Below are positions 63,564 to 64,000 of a stretch of DNA of 64,000 nt, one piece after another. The translations under genes and the position numbers were made by a program. Below the pieces are notes generated by a model. The model saw only the letters and a program-made list of their open reading frames with translations. It was not told where the DNA came from and ran no database searches. This DNA comes from a virus. Taxonomy: Duplodnaviria > Caudoviricetes. How positions within the stretch are numbered: position 1 is the stretch's first letter; every line of letters begins with the position of its first letter. The stretch is from the IMG/VR virus record IMGVR_UViG_649633106_000001; one strand, 5' to 3'.

Positions 63564-63821
63564 TCACCGCGTCGGTATACCGACCGCGGCGCCATCTTCG
63601 TCGTCGCCTTTCGAGCGGGGCCCGATGCGCTCATCAGGTGCGTAGCCCTCAAGAGCGCGCATACCAGCCTGCAGAGCATCGAGCCACATGTCGCAGGGCT
63701 CATCCGCTGACTCGAGCTCGACCCACTGGCTCGCATCGCCGCCTTCCTCCATGAGCACCCAGTAAAAGTGCCCGGGATCTGGCTCGTCGACGTGGACAGA
63801 GATTCGCCTGATGTGGCTCAT
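63564..63821 (-). CDS. Hypothetical protein
   Basis: ATG 63821 coupled to the DUF3606 stop. Confidence 0.6.
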   Translation of the reverse strand: MSHIRRISVHVDEPDPGHFYWVLMEEGGDASQWVELESADEPCDMWLDALQAGMRALEGYAPDERIGPRSKGDDEDGAAVGIPTR

Positions 63822-64000
63822 CAGCGTTTCCCGGCCAAGTACTCGCGCACGGCTTCGGCCGAATTGCCGACTGCCTTCACGGCGTCGCGCAGCTGCGTCT
63901 CCGTGCACCCGAGCGATTCCATCCACGAGCGCACTTCGTGAGGCTCATGCATGGCGATCAGCTTGCGGTCCAGCCCGGTCTTCTTCGTGTCGTCGGTCAT
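63821..64000 (-). CDS. DUF3606-family small protein
   Basis: Manual translation MTDDTKKTGLDRKLIAMHEPHEVRSWMESLGCTETQLRDAVKAVGNSAEAVREYLAGKR. Confidence 0.85.
   Translation of the reverse strand: MTDDTKKTGLDRKLIAMHEPHEVRSWMESLGCTETQLRDAVKAVGNSAEAVREYLAGKR

Noticed and set aside
1-64000. attL/attR direct repeats or a target tRNA
   Set aside because: None recognisable by eye; the left boundary lies outside the window.
62873-64000. Assigning the terminal small genes to the prophage
   Set aside because: They could be host or island genes; undecidable without attR.

Overview
The window is almost entirely one GC-rich temperate prophage, probably from a betaproteobacterium such as Comamonadaceae/Variovorax (inferred from composition and gene style only). 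From left to right it carries: a partial HNH gene and tyrosine integrase/excisionase; a leftward early operon (ERF + YqaJ recombination, adenine MTase); a lambdoid cI/cro switch with five 15-bp operators; and a rightward early operon (second MTase, PD-(D/E)XK protein, PAPS-reductase-like protein, replication initiator with ori palindrome, RuvC-like, NinB-like, DUF1364-like, wHTH). These are followed by terminase, portal, scaffold, an N4-gp56-like capsid, podovirus-type virion/ejection proteins, a 3106-aa polyvalent protein, a tail fibre, holin/SAR-endolysin/Rz/Rz1, and a right end with P63C and a LexA-box-controlled SRAP locus. No att site, tRNA or CRISPR array was found. The main observations are: (1) seven copies of a CCCC-x(2,3)-TAGGGTT box with a -10-like hexamer 29-30 bp downstream, mostly in front of leaderless late genes, with most late-region accessory cassettes parked directly upstream of one; (2) an antisense P-loop ATPase + HEPN-like gene pair between portal and scaffold, a candidate anti-phage system; (3) an RsbQ/KAI2-like hydrolase + PAS kinase + response regulator cassette; (4) ssrA-like AAN[DE] motifs seen only in early proteins; (5) a small antisense membrane protein sharing the WEKG motif of the polyvalent protein's N-terminus. 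Family assignments are from motif recognition, not database searches.
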